Assembly (NCBI RefSeq): GCF_036321535.1
Contig: NC_087437.1
Coordinates: 15,440,001-15,504,000 of the forward strand
DNA from: Camelus dromedarius
Lineage: Eukaryota
Length of the DNA: 64,000 nucleotides
Direction of reading: 5' to 3'
Position 1 is the stretch's first letter. Each line of letters opens with the position of its first letter. Made by a program: the position numbers and the translations under genes. A model generated the notes under the pieces. It was not told the DNA's origin, searched no databases, and saw only the letters and a program-made list of their open reading frames with translations. Shown in pieces: positions 62,620-64,000 of the stretch.

Positions 62620-63005
62620 TATTTTTTAAATTTTTATTTTGGAATAATCTTAGATTCATAGAGAAGTTGCAGACATACTACAGAGAGTTCCTATATACCT
62701 TTCACCCAGTGTCCCCTAATGTTAACCTGTTACTAACCACAGCGCATTTGTCAAAACTAAGAAGTTAACGTAGGTTCAATATTATGGACTAAGCTATAGA
62801 TTTTATTTGGATTTTCCTAGTTTTTTTTTCCCCCACTAATATCTTTTTTCTGTTCCAGGATCCAACCCAGGATCTCACTTTGCATTTAGTTTCCATGTCT
62901 CAGTCTCCTCCAATCTCAGACCATTTCTCAGTCTTTTTTTGTTTGTTTGTTTATCATGATCTTGTCAGTTTTAATGGGTACTGGCCAGCTATATTATAGG
63001 ATGTT
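62620..63005 (-). mobile_element. L1MC-like 3' end
   Basis: tagagaagttgca...acagagagttcctatatacctttcacccagt...tctgttccaggatccaacccaggatc. Confidence 0.8.
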
Positions 63006-63089
63006 CCAACCAGTAACATTTTTAGAAAGCAAAACAAAATTGGAGGACCAGTCTAGGGTTGGAGAAGTTAGACAAGTAAGGTGTATGAG

Positions 63090-63695
63090 TGAGGTCTCTG
63101 TGTTGCAAGTGACAGAAAACCAACCCTGAAATGTCCTGTCAAACAAGGAATTTATTAGCTCATGTAGCTAAGAAGGTCAAGGGCATATGTGACTTCAGAA
63201 TGACATTCATATCCTGTTCCTCCCTGTCTCCTGGCTTGGTTCTTCTCTCATCTGAACAGTCAGATCGTTCTCAGATATGCGCTTACCACATAGTTACAAT
63301 AAGGCTGCCAGTAGCCCACATGGCTATATCCATCCAGTGTGTGGGATACTCATCTCTGTTCCACCTTCCCAGCTAAGCTCTCACTGGCTCTGATTCTGCC
63401 ATCTGCCCATCCTTGAACCAGAGGGAAAAGATAAACTGTTTTATGCTTCTGATGTGAGGATGTGTTGCCCAAAGTCATGGCCACCATCTTGTGACCATGA
63501 GCAGAGCAAGCTGACAGCTGAGGAGGACACAAGAACCTTAAAAATGGACAGGAACCTGGGTTCTGAATGATGTCATTTAGCTGTGGAATTAACCATCCCT
63601 CGATCTGAACTCTGAAATAATAAATCCCCTTGCTTTAGCTTCCATTAATTGAGCTTCAGATGACTACGCCCAAAAGCATCCTAAATGATACACAG
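63090..63695. mobile_element. Old MLT1 (MaLR) LTR fragments
   Basis: gttgcaagtgacagaaaaccaac, gccaccatcttgtgaccatgag, aaaagcatcctaaatgataca. Confidence 0.6.
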
Positions 63696-64000
63696 ATATT
63701 GCAGGTTTCCTTGTTGGATATAGAATATTACCTTGATGAAGATTTGTTTGTTGGGCTTATAATTGACAGCACAATACAAACTGGAGTTCAGTATACTTCA
63801 GTTCATAGTTTTCATCAGAGTTATCACTTTAAAAATCCAGCTTCACAAAGGCATTTTTACAAAAACTGAAGAGATGCTCTTCGATTTCACACAACATAGA
63901 ACATCTAAGTAATAGTGCTAATGTTTCTGGTTGCTTCTTCCCATAAAGGCCAGGGAGAGAACAGGAAAGGGTCTGCAGGGTACGCCTCACTCAGAGCACA

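Overview
This is mammalian non-coding genomic DNA, very likely camelid (camel/alpaca/vicuna), because it carries nine copies of a tRNA-Ala-like SINE matching the camelid Vic-1 type. I found no convincing protein-coding gene, tRNA/rRNA gene or CRISPR array. The six-frame ORFs are either chance ORFs in GC-rich sequence or decayed L1 ORF2 remnants. A large share of the window is recognisable transposon fossil: L1, L2, L3/CR1, MIR, MaLR/ERVL LTRs, three ERV1-type solo LTRs (one MER41-like), and Tigger, MER2, MER3, MER5 and MER91 DNA transposons. The main unique feature is a CpG island at about 23.9-24.95 kb. It may be a promoter or enhancer, possibly for a + strand spliced non-coding RNA or a 5'-UTR exon. 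The most notable structural observations are an ~820-bp polyadenylated retrocopy of non-repeat sequence nested at the tail of an old L1, a possible SINE-L1 chimeric retrotranscript, a MER41-like LTR with decayed GAS motifs next to the CpG island, and two candidate enhancers (a bZIP motif cluster and a perfect RFX X-box). I do not see evidence for a new multi-gene biological system. Repeat family names come from recalled consensus sequences and should be confirmed with RepeatMasker/Dfam; boundaries of old repeats are approximate.
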